Below, one piece after another: positions 1 through 12,300 of a DNA stretch of 64,000 nucleotides. A model generated the notes under the pieces. The model searched no databases. It saw nothing but the letters and a program-made list of their open reading frames with translations, and had not been told where the DNA came from. Both the position numbers and the translations under genes were made by a program. Source of the stretch: Centroscyllium fabricii (lineage: Eukaryota); assembly GCA_051313645.2 (NCBI GenBank), contig JBNRSN020000016.1:127534001-127598000 (forward strand), given 5' to 3'. The stretch's first letter is position 1, and each line of letters opens with the position of its first letter.

Positions 1-59
1 CTGTATTTGCTTAAAAACGGTTGTATCTCTAACAGGTCAGAGTGGGGATGTTTGGTGAG

Positions 60-655
60 TCCCGGAACACTTCAGCAGTCAAGATCATTCAGCCTCCAAT
101 CTTCGGGTAAGCATTCTCCAAGATGGCCTTCGAGACACACAATGCAAAATCGTGGAGCAGAAACTGACAGCCAAGTTCCGCACTCATGAGGACGGCCTCA
201 ACTGGGATCTTGGCTTCATGTCACGTAGTCATCCAGACTCGAGTCGTCTTTGGCTTGTTCTCACTACAGAGATGTGGCAGGGCCTGCTGTGATTTCCAGC
301 AAGAGAGAAAAAAATGTTGTTTTTTTTAATTGTTGTGTGTTTGTTTTTCACAGACCCCAGCATGTGCAACATTTGACCCTTTGTGACTCCACCTCATTGT
401 TCTTCGGTGTGGTGTCTTCCTGACTGACCTGTTTGGACACCATTCACACCTAAGATTGCTGTGAATGTCTCTCTGCCGAGGTGTGATGAAGGGCAGTTGG
501 AAAGATCTCCTGTAATCATCCAGCATTGTTCTCCGACTATATATGCTGTGTTTGTATGCATCTCTCTACTACACCTGACGAAGGAGCAACGCTGCGAAAG
601 CTTGTGATTTCAAATAAAACTGTTGGACTATAACCTGGTGTTGTGTGACTTCTGA
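60..655 (+). mobile_element. Penelope-like element 3' remnant with terminal hammerhead-bearing segment
   Basis: GIY-YIG C-terminal-like stretch (EQKLTAKFRTHEDGLNWDLGFMS) at ~155-225. Terminal CCTGACGAAGGAGCAACGCTGCGAAAGCTTGTGATTTCAAATAAAACTGTTGGACTATAACCTGGTGTTG at 574-643. Confidence 0.65.
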
Positions 656-1054
656 CATGTTTGCTGATGACTGCACAGTGTTCAGCACCATTTGCAACTC
701 CTCAGATAATGAAGCAGACCATGCCCACATGCAACAAGACCTGGACGACGTTCAGGCTTGGGCTGATAAGTGGCAGGTAACATTCGCGCCAGGATGTTGA
801 TAGTGGGGTTTCAGTGATGATAATGCCACTGAATGTCAAGGGGAGATGGTTAGAGTCTCGCTTGTTGGAGATGGTCATTGCCTGGCACGTGTGTGGTGCG
901 AATGTTACTTGCCACTTGTCAGCCCAAGTCTGAATGTTGTCCAGGTCTTGCTGCATATGGACACGGACTGCGTTGTTGTGATCTGGGATGCGCTGCCTGA
1001 AAGGGCGGTGGAAGCAGATTCAATAATAACTTTCAATGGGGCATTGGATAAGTA

Positions 1055-1363
1055 CAGGTTGAGTACCGTTAATCCGGACACCGTTAGTCTGGCAACTTCA
1101 GTCATCCGGGAAACGAATCCGGCCGACTGGTGTGCGCATGTGCAAAATGGCCAGCGCGCTTGGCTGCGCATGCCCGGGCCTCCCCGAACGATTGATGCTT
1201 CGGTGAGCGCATGTGCAGACCATTCAAAATGGCCGCCGGCCTTTCGCGGTGGCCATTTTGAATGGTCCGCGTATGCGCTCGCCAAAGCTGCACTTGTTCG
1301 GCTTTTTCAGTAATCCGGCACGGGCCTGCTCCCGGCCGTGCCGGATTAACGGTGCTCAACCTG
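1055..1363. mobile_element. Tigger/pogo-like MITE, copy 1
   Basis: TIRs CAGGTTGAGTACCGTTAATCCGG and CCGGATTAACGGTGCTCAACCTG with TA on both sides. Inserted in a CR1 3' end (~980-1470). Confidence 0.9.
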
Positions 1364-2284
1364 TATTTGGAAAAGAAACATTGTCAGGACTAATTGGATC
1401 TCGCTTTCAAAGAGCCGGCACAGACACAATGGGCCGAATGGCCTTCTTCTGTGCTGTATGATTCGATGATCTCCAGCACCAATTTGTTTGTAAGAAAATG
1501 TCTATTCATTAATTGACTGTGGCCAACACCACAGGCTAATTTTGAGTGTATTTAAAATGTTTGACCACTGGTGCTTGTGTCACAAGTCTGGAGGATGTGG
1601 GGAGATAACCAATTGGTCCATAAGGCTCGAGTGTCATGTTCCCTAAAATTCAGCCAATCAAAAAACACTTAGAGGCTTGCAAAGCCACAGGCTATTTCAT
1701 TGTCGCAAACAATTTGCTTTCACATTCCTCAGAAACAAGTGAGAAAGACATTTCCTGCTTTGACCATTATCCGTTTGCTGCTCATTTTCCCCTGAATTCC
1801 ACCCCCTCTGCATCCTCATTATTTTAATGGCTATTGTCATGGAAACACTGATTTGTCAACCTGCTTCCTTTCCGTTCCTCTCCCTTTGCATCATATTTCT
1901 TTGGGAGCCCCCAGTGACAGCCCTCTGCTCACTCACTTGTTGATTCAGCCTTTCTTTCAGAATGTTTGTTTTTTGGGCCATTTACGTGCACAATCTTTCC
2001 ACGCTTCATGACAGCACGATTTTCCTGGACCATAACGAGAGAGAAACCGGTCACACAGTGAAATAGAAAAGAAAAGGGGACCCACAATAGCAAAGAGAGA
2101 AAAGGTAAAAGAGAACAGTTGAGAGAGCTGAGAGAAAAATCAGAATGCAGAGAATATAGCTGAAGATTTAAAACAAATTAAAGGAAGTAATAACAACAGA
2201 AAATGCTGGAAATACTCAGCAGGCCAGGAAGCAATGACAGAGGGAAAGAAATACTGCCAAATATCAGCAAAGAAGGACAATTGC

Positions 2285-2366
2285 AAGAAGTCACACAACA
2301 CCAGGTTATAGTCCAACAGTTTTATTTGAAACCACAAGCCTTCGGAGCGCAGCTCCTTCATCAGGT
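2285..2366 (-). mobile_element. Solo Penelope-like terminal segment
   Basis: Reverse complement of the 574-652 segment; hammerhead core has GAAG in place of GAAA. Confidence 0.7.
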
Positions 2367-2734
2367 AAAGTGACGAGATTCATTTAAACACAGTATATAT
2401 ATATATATATATGGGAGAAAACAATGTGGTCTCTCCAACTGTTCCACATCACACCTCAGCAGAGAGACATCAAAGCAATCAAAGGTATTCTAACATATCA
2501 GTCAGCCTGAGATCAAAGGGTGCAGTCACAAAGGGTCAAATGTTACAGTCCGCTGTCTGTGTGAAAAACCCACAGAATGATTTAAAGAAAAAAAGGATTT
2601 TTCTTACTGGAAATTGCAGAACAAGCCAAAGACGATTTGAGACTGGATGACTCTACATCAGGCGGGGTCACATGTAGCGTGACATGAAGCCAATATCACA
2701 GTTGAGGTTGAGAAGGAGAAGGAAGCAGAGAAAG

Positions 2735-3020
2735 AAGTTGCCTTTATGTAGTGCCTTTCAGGACATTGCAAAGTGTTTTACAGCCAATGGAGTATTGTTT
2801 GAAGTCTGCTGTAATGTAGGAAACGCAGCAGCCAATTTGTGCACAGCAAGATCCCACAAACAACAATGTGGACATGACCAGATAATCTGCATTTAAAACA
2901 GCATTTTATTTTTATTTCAGATTTCCAGCATCCGCAGTATTTTGCTTTTGTAGCGGATGATGTTTTATCGAGCGATAAATATTGGCCAGGACACCCAGGG
3001 GAAACCTCTCTGCTCTTTCT
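2735..3020 (-). mobile_element. DeuSINE (SacSINE1/AmnSINE-like) remnant
   Basis: Minus strand GGTGTCCTGGCCAATATTTATC...CAGATTATCTGGTCA...TTTGTGGGATCTTGCTGTGCACAAATTGGCTGCTGCGTTTCCTACATTACA..., with an L2-type tail. Confidence 0.7.
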
Positions 3021-3099
3021 TGGGCCAAAGGTGAGGCCAGTGGTAAGAACTGCTTTAATTCTGTGGAGTCGGGAGTGCTCCTCCAGGCCCCAAGAAACC

Positions 3100-3670
3100 A
3101 GCCTGAGATTCTGCCGTTCCAGCTCTTTGTGGAACACCTCCATTCAGTCTGTAAGGGGGACCGAGCTCCTGGTAGCCTGTCACTTTAATTCTCCACTCCA
3201 CTCCCACTCAGACCTCACTGTCTGTGGCCTGTTGCCCTGTTCCACGGAAGCACAGCGTAAACTCGAGGAACAGCATTCGCTTAGGCACTCTACAGCCCTC
3301 TGAACTGAACATAGAGTTCAACAATTTTAGATCATAACCTGGGCCCCCACCACACTTTTATACATATATATATATACTGTATTATATATATATTTTCTCT
3401 TTTTTCAATCCACACTTTCGTCTGGGCTTTTTTCTTTACTCTGCCAGAGCTGTTCACACCTATCCAGAGCCATCCTGTGTTCCTTCAATTTCTGATCTTT
3501 CCTTTGTTCTTTCAGCACTCCCCCTTTCCCCAGCCCCTACAAGCTTTAAAATCTATCCCCCCTTCTGGCTGCTCCAGTTCTGAAGAAAGGTCATCGATCT
3601 GAGACGTTAACTGTTTCTCTCCTCACCGATGCTGCCTGGCCTGCTGAGTTTCTCCAGCGTTTTCTGTTGT
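3100..3670 (+). mobile_element. Penelope-like element 3' fragment (second family)
   Basis: EHLHSV...VACHFNSPLHSHSDL GIY-YIG tail, the same family as 10400-12300. Degenerate hammerhead agtt-CTGAAGA...GAGA-cg-TT-aact at ~3576-3612. Confidence 0.75.
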
Positions 3671-3960
3671 TAGTCCAATCATATAGCTGAATGGAGACTT
3701 TTTTTTAACGAATATTTTTTTCTTCAGCCCTCCCCACCACAGACCCACCTTCCTCTGGCCCGGCTGCCAGATATTGCAGTGAGCTGCCCCAGGGCACTCA
3801 ATTTGTGGCTGCAGTCCGCCAGCCCTCAAAATGGGCTGGGCCTTCCACCAGAAATATTGAATGACCGGTCAGCTAGCCGCCTGAAGTCTGCTCAGGGTGG
3901 GGGGGAATCTACCCATCAATGTCTACCACTTCAAGTTGTGTTATTGGTTTATTTCAGTAT

Positions 3961-4905
3961 GCACCATCTCCCCTGTGCTCGCTGATCTACATTGGCTCCC
4001 ACTTAAGCAACGAATCGATAAAAAAATTCTCACCCTTGTTTTCAAACCTCTCCATGGCTTCGCCCCATCTTATCTCTGTAATCTCCTCCAGCCCTATAAT
4101 CCCCCTAGACCACTGCGCTCCACCTAGTCTGGCCTTTTTTTTTGTTTTTTTTAATTATTCGTTGATGGGATGTGGGCGTCACTGGCTGGCTAAGCCTGCA
4201 TTTAGTGCCCATCCCTAATTGCACTTGAGAAGATGGTGGTGAGCCACCTTCTTGAACTGCTGCAGTCCATATGGTGTAGGTACACCCACAATGTTGCGTA
4301 GCGGTTGTTTACAACTGAGTGGCTTGCTAGGCCATTTCAGAGGGCATTAAGAGTCAACCACATTGCTGTGGGTCTGGAGTCACATGTAGGCCAGACCAGG
4401 TAAGGACAGCAGATTTCCTTCCCTAAAGGACATTAGTGAACCAGATGGGTTTTTGCAACAATCGACAATGGTATCATGGTCGCCATTACTAAGACTAACA
4501 TTTAATTCCAGAATTAAATTGAATTGAATTTAAATTCCACCAGCTGCCGTGTTGGGATTTGAACCTATATCCTCAGAGCATTTGACTGAGCCTCTGGCTT
4601 GCTAGTCTAGTGACATAACCATTACGCCACCACCTCCCCCGATTTTAAATGCTCCACCATTGATGGCCGTGCCTTCAGCTGCCTAGGCCCTAAGCTCTGG
4701 AATTCCCTCCCTAAGCCTCTCCGTCTCGCTTTCCTCGTTTAAGGTGCTCCTTAAAACTTACCTCTTCGACCAAGCTTTTGGTCACCCGCCCTAACATCTC
4801 CTTATACGGCTCGGTGTCACTTTTTTTTTTGATAACACGTCGCTGAAGCGCCTTGAGGTGTTTTATTACCTTAAAGGCACTATATAAATATAAGTTGTTG
4901 TTGAA
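3961..4905 (+). mobile_element. L2 LINE 3' end, interrupted by a SINE
   Basis: ISPVLADLHWLPLKQRIDKKILTLVFKPLHGFAPSYLCNLLQPYNP is typical of the L2 ORF2 C-terminus. Tail AAAGGCACTATATAAATATAAGTTGTTGTTG. Confidence 0.8.
4135..4637 (-). mobile_element. tRNA-derived SINE, second family (another copy at ~14190-14545)
   Basis: Minus-strand head GGAGGTGGTGGCGTAATGG...GGTTCAAATCCC. Body AAAACCCATCTGGTTCACTAATGTCCTTTAGGGAAGG. Tail shared with the LINEs ending at 29710 and 54760. Confidence 0.75.
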
Positions 4906-5487
4906 TTTAGGACTTGTTTATTTCATAGCAACAGGAGTAGGTCATTCAGGCCCTCGGGCCTGCTCCGCCAAACAATTAGATCACGGCTGATTTGTGCCTC
5001 AACTCCCTTTTCCCGCCTTTGCTCCCTATCGCTTGATACCCTTACCCAACAACAATCTATTGAGTGCCATCTTGAAAGCTCCAATTGCCCCCCGGTATCC
5101 ACAGAGTTTTTGGGGGGGACTGAGTTCCAGATTACTGCAACCTTTTGTGTGAAAAAGTGCATCCTGATTTCACTCCGGACTCTAATTTTAAAATTGTGTC
5201 CCCTTGTTCTGGATTCCTCCCCCCACCCCCCTATATTTTGGGCTCTGGCAGCACTGGGGAAGGGGGTGGTCTTTGTGTTGGCACTGGGGAAGAGATATCT
5301 TTGAGGTTGGCAGCAATGTAGAGAATGAATTTTGGACTACGAGGGACAGGGGCTATCAGGGGCTTACCAGCATGGGGAGGCGGTTTGTGGGGTTTGACAA
5401 CATTGACGAGGACATTGAATTGTGGAGTGGTTAGTTTTTGGCCTGCTGTGGTAGCGGTCATGAGGAGTGAGGTGCTTTCATAGTAAT

Positions 5488-5875
5488 ATAGAAACATAGA
5501 AGATAGGAGCAGGAGTAGGCCATTCGGCCCTTCTAGCCTGCTCCGCCATTCAATGAGATCATGGCTGATCATCCAAACCCAGTACCCCGCCCCTGCCCAC
5601 TCCCCATATCCCTATCGAGCCTGCACCGACACACATCCCACCCTATCCTCGTAACCCCCACATATTCAATTCCGCTAACACTAAGGGTCAATTTATCCTG
5701 GCCAATCAACCTAACCCGCACATCTTTGGACTGTGGGAGGAAACCAGAGCACCCGGAGGAAACCCACGCAGACACGGGGAGAATGTGCAAACTCCACACA
5801 GATAGTACCCGAGGCTGGATTTGAACCCGGGTCTCCAGTGTTGTAAGGCAACAGTGGTAACCACTATGCCACCGT
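5488..5875 (-). mobile_element. HE1/V-SINE-like SINE, tail type A
   Basis: tRNA head with A/B boxes, V-core TGTGTGGAGTTTGCACATTCTCCCCGTGTCTGCGTGGGTTTCCTCCGGGTGCTC, CR1-derived tail ending in (TTCTATGT)n. Confidence 0.92.
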
Positions 5876-5879
5876 AACC

Positions 5880-7335
5880 TTGGTGAGTTGCCACAGTGCA
5901 TCCTGTAGATATTACATATTGTAGCCAGAGGGGGCGGTGGGGCGGATATTGAGTCTAGTGGTGGGGCGGATAATGAGTCTAGTGGTGGGGTGGATATTGA
6001 GTCTAGTGGTGGGGCGGATATTGAGTCTAGTGGTGGGGGCACTGATCAAATTGTTGTATCCTGGATGGTGTTGAGCTTTAGAAGTGTTTTTTAGTGTTGA
6101 ACTTTATAAATGGCTTCTGGCTGCACGCATCAAATGAGTGGTGAGTAGTCCATCACACTCTTGACTTGAGCCTCGTAGATAGTGGAGGGGCAATGAGGGG
6201 TCAAGGGGTGAGCCACTCATCACAGCCTCTGCTCTGTTCTTGTAGCCACGATGGTGATATTGGGGTTCCTGTAAAGATTCTGGTGACTCCCAAGATGCTG
6301 ATGCTGGGGGACTCTGCAATAATGTAGCTGTTGGAGGTCAGGTAAAATGGTTTGAGCTTTCTACTGTTTTGAAATGGCCATTAAAAAGGCACTTACATGA
6401 TGTGAATGTTACCCAGGTCTTGCTGTAGCTGCCATGGACCGCTCCATTATTGGAGGAGTTGTGAATGGAGATGACCACTGTGCAATTGTCAGTAACCACC
6501 CTATTGCTGTCTGGTACAGGGAAGTCTTTGATAAAGCAGCTGAAGATAGTTGGGCTGAGTGAGGATACTCCCCGGGGTTGCAAGATTACACTCCAAACAC
6601 AACTATTTTCTTTTTTATTGGGTTCAAATTCACGATAGGGTGGATTTTCTCTTATCTAGTTTTACTGGGGCTCCTTGATGCCATTCTCAGTTGAATGTTG
6701 CCTTGATTTTGAGGGTAGCTACTCCTACCTCACTGCCATTCAGCTCTTACTTCGATGTTTCGATCAGAGCTATAAATTGGGTCGAGAGCGGAGTGGCTCA
6801 GGCCCAACCCAAATCGAGTTTAAAAATACTTCCACGTCAGGATGGTGTGAGACGTGGAGAACTTGCAGGTGGCGGTGTTCCCACGTGCCTGTACTTCTAG
6901 GCAGTAGAGGCCGGGGTGTGGGAGGTGCTGCCGAAAGAAGCCGTAGCAAGTTGCTGCAGTGCATCTTGTAGATGGTACACACTGCAGCCACGGTGTACTG
7001 GTGGAGGGAGTGAATGTTTAATGTGGTCGATGGGCTGCTTTGGATGGTGTTGAGCTTCTTGAGTGTTGTTGGAGCTGCACTCATCCAGGCAAGTGGAGAG
7101 TATTCCATCACACTGCTGACTTGTGCCTTGTAGAAGGTGGAAAGGTTTTGGGGAGACACACTCTGCAGAATACTCAGCCTCTGACCTGCTCTTGTTGCCA
7201 CAGTATTTATGTGGCTGGTCCAGTTTACTTTCTGGTTGATGGTGGGGGATTCAATGCTGGTAATGCCACTGAATGTCATGGGGCAGTAGGTAAATCGATA
7301 GTCATTGCCTGGCACTTGTGTGGTGCAAATGTTAC
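5880..7335 (-). mobile_element. Two decayed CR1/L2-clade LINE fragments
   Basis: NWTSHINTVATRAGQRL...YKAQVSSVMEYSPLAWMSAAPTTLKKL...AAVCTIYKMHCSN, the same family as 28530-29710 and 52600-54760. Confidence 0.8.
5935..6040. repeat. 24-bp minisatellite, ~4.5 copies
   Basis: Unit GTGGTGGGGCGGATATTGAGTCTA. Confidence 0.9.
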
Positions 7336-8073
7336 TCAAGTGTCACTGGGCAGGTTATTACTGAGTGGGTATTGCATGATGGGACTATTAATGACTCATG
7401 CTATCACTATTGGTGAATGGGATGATGTCACTAGGATAATCATGGCTGGGCCAGAGTTATCCTGTGGATAAGACAGTGGGGCAGGTGTGTTTCTGTTTTG
7501 TAGGAAGCTGGGGGCTGCCTCCAAGGAGAGTAAATTGAGCTTGTAGTGAGTTACCTTTTCTTCAAGTACACAGACTTCCTCTATCTGGTGCTTCACTCTT
7601 GAATATCCATTATGGAGTTCCATGACCTCTGTCCATGGACTGGACATTAGACATAAAACTTTCATGCGATTTTCTGGATTTCTATCTTTCAGCTCAGGTG
7701 GTTATCTGGGAATGTCAGTTTAGTTTGGGTTATTTTGTGTGTTCTGGGCCCATGTTTGGCTAGTTCTGTTCAGGTAATCCTCTAGGGCAGGACCTGGTCA
7801 ATGGGTAGTGCAAAGGCACATATTACTGCAACTGTTGGTCTGGGTATCACACTCTTGGAATTGGCTAGATGCCACTGTGTGGGGTATGGTAGAGAATTTT
7901 AGGGGCAGATGTCGACAGAGGTGGGGGGGGGGGGTCTACTCGCCAGGGGATGTTTTATCAGGCTGAAATGAGGGCGAGGGCAAGAGAAATCTTGTTCGTC
8001 CTTTGGGCTATCAGGGTCCCTGGCAGGAGAGCAGGTTGGCAGCTCCTTTAGAGGGGGTTACTAGCTGGGTAGC

Positions 8074-8321
8074 AGAAACATAGAAGATAAGAGCAGGAGT
8101 AGGCCATTCGGCCCTTCAAGCCTGCTCCGCCATTCAATGAGATTATGGCTGATCATCCAAACCCAGCACCCCGCCCCTGCCCTCTCCCCATATCCTTCGA
8201 TCCCTATCGAGTCTGCACCGACACATATCCCACCCTATCCCCGTAACCCCACATATTCAATCCCCCTAACACTAAGGGTCAATTTATCCTGGCCAATCAA
8301 CCTAACCTGCACATCTTTGGA
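8074..8321 (-). mobile_element. HE1-like SINE tail A, 5'-truncated
   Basis: Matches the 3' two-thirds of the 5488-5875 copy. Confidence 0.9.
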
Positions 8322-8821
8322 AGGTGAGTGCAATTAAGCAGCAAAAAGTGACACGGCATCAAATTGACCTATTCTCCACAAGCCTCCTCTCACCCTACTT
8401 CATTTAACCCCATCTTCCTTTCTCCCTCATGTTTAGCGAGCTCCCCCTTTAATGCATCGCTCTGCTATTCACAACTACTCATTATGGGAGCAAGTTTCAT
8501 TCTCACCACTCTAAGTAAATACATTTCTCCTGACTTTTTCATTGGATTTATTAGTGATTATTTTTATATATATATTACAAACTCCCCCAGTAGAAACATC
8601 TTATCCACCCCATCAGCGCTCCACCTTCTATTTCCTGGTCGTTATAACCTCAGTGTTCTGGTATCATTCTTGTAAATCTTTTTTACACTTTCACCAGTGT
8701 CTCTATCAGTTTTGTAATATGGAGACCAGAACTATGCACAGCACTCAAGTTCATGTCTGTCACTGTGAGGCACCTGTTTGGACCATGACAGAAGCACAGC
8801 CAGTAGCAGATGCTGGTGGAT

Positions 8822-9961
8822 CTGCTCCCACCGTTACCCCTTCAGGCACTGCTCCCACCGTTACCCCTTCAGACACTGCTCCCACCGTTACCCCTTCAGA
8901 CACTGCTCCCACCGTTACCCCTTCAGACACTGCTCCCACCGTTACCCCTTCAGACACTGCTCCCACCGTTACCCCTTCAGACACTGCTCCCACCGTTACC
9001 CCTTCAGACACTGCTCCCACCGTTACCCCTTCAGACACTGCTCCCACCGTTACCCCTTCAGACACTGCTCCCACCGTTACCCCTTCAGACACTGCTCCCA
9101 CCGTTACCCCTTCAGACACTGCTCCCACCGTCACCCCTTCAGACACTGCTCCCACCGTCACCCCTTCAGACACTGCTCCCACCGTCACCCCTTCAGACAC
9201 TGCTCCCACCGTCACCCCTTCAGACACTGCTCCCACCGTTACCCCTTCAGGCACTGCTCCCACCGTTACCCCTTCAGGCACTGCTCCCACCGTTACCCCT
9301 TCAGACACTGCTCCCACCGTTACCCCTTCAGACACTGCTCCCACCGTTACCCCTTCAGACACTGCTCCCAGTTACCCCTTCAGACACTGCTCCCACCGTT
9401 ACCCCTTCAGACACTGCTCCCACCGTTACCCCTTCAGACACTGCTCCCACCGTTACCCCTTCAGACACTGCTCCCACCGTTACTCCTTCAGACACTGCTC
9501 CCACCGTTACCCCTTCAGACACTGCTCCCACCGTTACCCCTTCAGACACTGCTCCCACCGTTACTCCTTCAGACACTGCTCCCAGTTACCCCTTCAGACA
9601 CTGCTCCCACCGTTACTCCTTCAGGCACTGCTCCCACCGTTACTCCTTCAGATACTGCTCCCACCGTTACTCCTTCAGACACTGCTCCCACCGTTACCCC
9701 TTCAGACACTGCTCCCAGTTACCCCTTCAGACACTGCTCCCAGTTACCCCTTCAGACACTGCTCCCACCGTTACTCCTTCAGACACTGCTCCCACCGTTA
9801 CTCCTTCAGACACTGCTCCCACTGTTACTCCTTCAGACACTGCTCCCACCGTTACTCCTTCAGACACTGCTCCCACCGTTACCCCTTCAGACACTGCTCC
9901 CACCGTTACTCCTTCAGACACTGCTCCCACTGTTACTCCTTCAGACACTGCTCCCACCGTT
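8822..9961. repeat. 27-bp minisatellite, ~42 copies
   Basis: Unit ACTGCTCCCACCGTTACCCCTTCAGAC with block-wise variants and several 25-bp deletion units. Confidence 0.97.
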
Positions 9962-10057
9962 AATACGGTGCATCGCCCAGGCATTGCGAGGTGATTTAAA
10001 CGGTTGAAATTAGACTAGTCTCATAACAGACTGAAAACGTGTCTCTTCTTGCATGTA

Positions 10058-10230
10058 CAGGTACACAATCACTTACCCGAGACCCGTGGGACTGGAGGGG
10101 TCTGGGTTTTCGGAATCTCTCGGTTTTTGGATGGTGCCCAGTGCACATTTCCGTGCTTGTGGCCCAGTTTGCAGTCGGGGAACGGCATATTGACCGTTTA
10201 TTTGCTCAGCATGGAATCAACAGCAACCTG
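10058..10230. mobile_element. Possible old Tigger4/MER46-like MITE remnant
   Basis: TA|CAGGT...CTTACCCGA...GGGAC...TTTCGGA...TCGGTTTTTGGA ... AACCTG|TA; TIRs are degenerate. Confidence 0.4.
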
Positions 10231-10399
10231 TAAGCTTGCCTTAAGGTAAAAATATCTTTTTTCTGACTGATAAATAAATTGAAGGAAGTAACCAGCTGCA
10301 GCATTTAAGAAAAAAAAGTTATTTTGGCACAACTCGGGTCCTCAGTTGTCTGAGCTTTTCAGTTGTGCGCTTCAGCAATTGTGTATCTGTAGCATATTG

Positions 10400-12300
10400 G
10401 ACAACAGAAAATGCTGGAAAAACTCAGCAGGCCAGGCAACATCCGTGAAGAGAGAAACAGAGTCGACATTTTGGGTCTGGAACCTTTATCAAAATATAAA
10501 GCAAGGAAATGAAACAGATTAGAAGGCCAGTGGGAGCTGGGCGAGAACAAAAGAGTGAAAAGAAAACAAAAAGACATTACAAGGTATTCAAAATGAGACG
10601 AGATAGTGAGGGGCTTAGAGACAGAAATAGATTAGGTGTGAAATGCACTGGCAGAATAGGAGACAGCTGCCATGTGTGGAAGAGAGAAAAAAAGGGGGGG
10701 GGGGGGTGCTAAATGAAAGGTGTGGATAAAAATAGCTAAAAATATAATGGGGGCCGAAGTTATGATCTGAAATTGTTAAACACGATATGAGTCCGGAGGG
10801 CTGTAAAGTGCCTAATCGGAAGACAAGGTGCTGTTCTGAGTTTACGTTGAGCTTCCGAGGAACAATGTAATAGGCCAAGGACAGAGAGATCAGAGTGGGA
10901 GTGAAGTGGAGAATTGAAGTGACAGGCGACCGGAAGCTCAGGGTCACCCGTACGGACTGAATGGAGGTGTTCCGCAAAGCGGTCACCCAATCTGTGTTTG
11001 GTCTCCCCAATGTAGGAGACCACATCGTGAGCAGCGAATACAGTATACTAGATTGCAAAAAGTACAACTAAATTGCTGTTTCACCTGGAAGGGGTGTTTG
11101 GGGCCCTGGACAGTGGGAAGGTGTAAGGGCAGGTGTTGCATCTCTTGCACTTGCACGGGAAGGTGCCAGGCGAAGGGGTGCTGGAGGAGTGGACTAGGGT
11201 GGCTCGGAGGGAGCGTTCCCTTCAGAATGCTGAAAGGGGAGAAGATGCGTTTGGTGGTGGGATCACGTTGGAGATGGCGGAGGATGATCTGTTGAATGTG
11301 GAGGCTGGTGGGGTGAAAGGCGAGGACAAGGGGAACCCTATCTTGGTTCCAGGAGGGAGGGGCAGGGGTGAGGGCAGAAGTGCAGGAGATGGAACGGGCA
11401 CGTTCGAGGGTCGTGTCAAACACGGTAGAGGGGAATCATAGAAACATAGTAGGAGCAGTAGGCCATTTGAGCCTGCTCCACCATTCAATGAGATCATGGC
11501 TGATCATCCAAACCCAGTACCCCGCCCCTGCCCTCTCCCCATATCCCTATCGAGCCTGCACCGACACATATCCCACCCTATCCCTGTAACCCCACATATT
11601 CAATCCCCCTAACACTAAGGGTCAATTGATCATGGCCAATCAACCTAACCCGCACATCTTTGGACTGTGGGAGGAAACCGGAGCACCCGGAGGAAACCCA
11701 CGCAGACACGGGGAGAATGTGCAAACTCCACACAGATAGTACCCAAGGCTGGATTTGAACCCGGGTCTCCAGTGCTGAGACAACAGTGCTAACCACTGTG
11801 CCACCGTGCCACCCTCGGTTGAGGAAAAAGGATGACATATTGGAAGCACTGGTGTGGAAGGTGGCATCATCGGAGCAGATGCGGCGGAGACGGAGAAACT
11901 GGGAGAATGGAATAGAGTCCTTACAAGAAGCAGGGTGGAAGTATAGTCCAGGTAGCTGTGGCAGTCAGTGGGCTTGCAGTGAATGTTGGTCAATAACCTA
12001 TACCCAGAGATGGAAACTGAGAAGTCAAGGAAGGGTCAGAGATAGACCATGTGAAGGTGAGGGAACGGTGGAAATTGGAGGCAAAGTGAATGAAGTTGTT
12101 GAGTTCAGGGCGAGAGCAGGAGACGGCACCAATAGTCATCAATGTACCGGAAAAAGAGGCGAGGGAAGGGACCCGAGTAGGACTGGAACAGAGTGTTCCA
12201 CATATTCCCACGAAAAGGCAGGCATAGCTAGGACCCATGTGGGTAGCCATAGTAACACCTTTGATTTGGAGGAAGTGAGTGGAGTCAAAGGAGATGTTGT
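10400..12300 (-). mobile_element. Penelope-like retroelement (RT C-terminus + GIY-YIG), frameshifted, with SINE insertion
   Basis: MATHMGPSYACLFVG (RT motif), RVPLVLAFHP, NLVYCIRCSRCGL and YIGETKHRLGDRFAEHL...PVACHFN (GIY-YIG). Confidence 0.9.
11437..11813 (-). mobile_element. HE1-like SINE tail A nested in the Penelope element
   Basis: Full head-core-tail copy. Confidence 0.92.

Noticed and set aside
8542-10007. 394-473 aa ORFs resembling a mucin, or a CRISPR-like array
   Set aside because: Produced by a stop-free 27-bp tandem repeat with frameshifting units. There are no unique spacers and no cas genes, and the context is eukaryotic.
10455-10495. Additional functional hammerheads (also 574-606, 2332-2366, 3576-3612)
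   Set aside because: Each has substitutions in the catalytic core or stem II.
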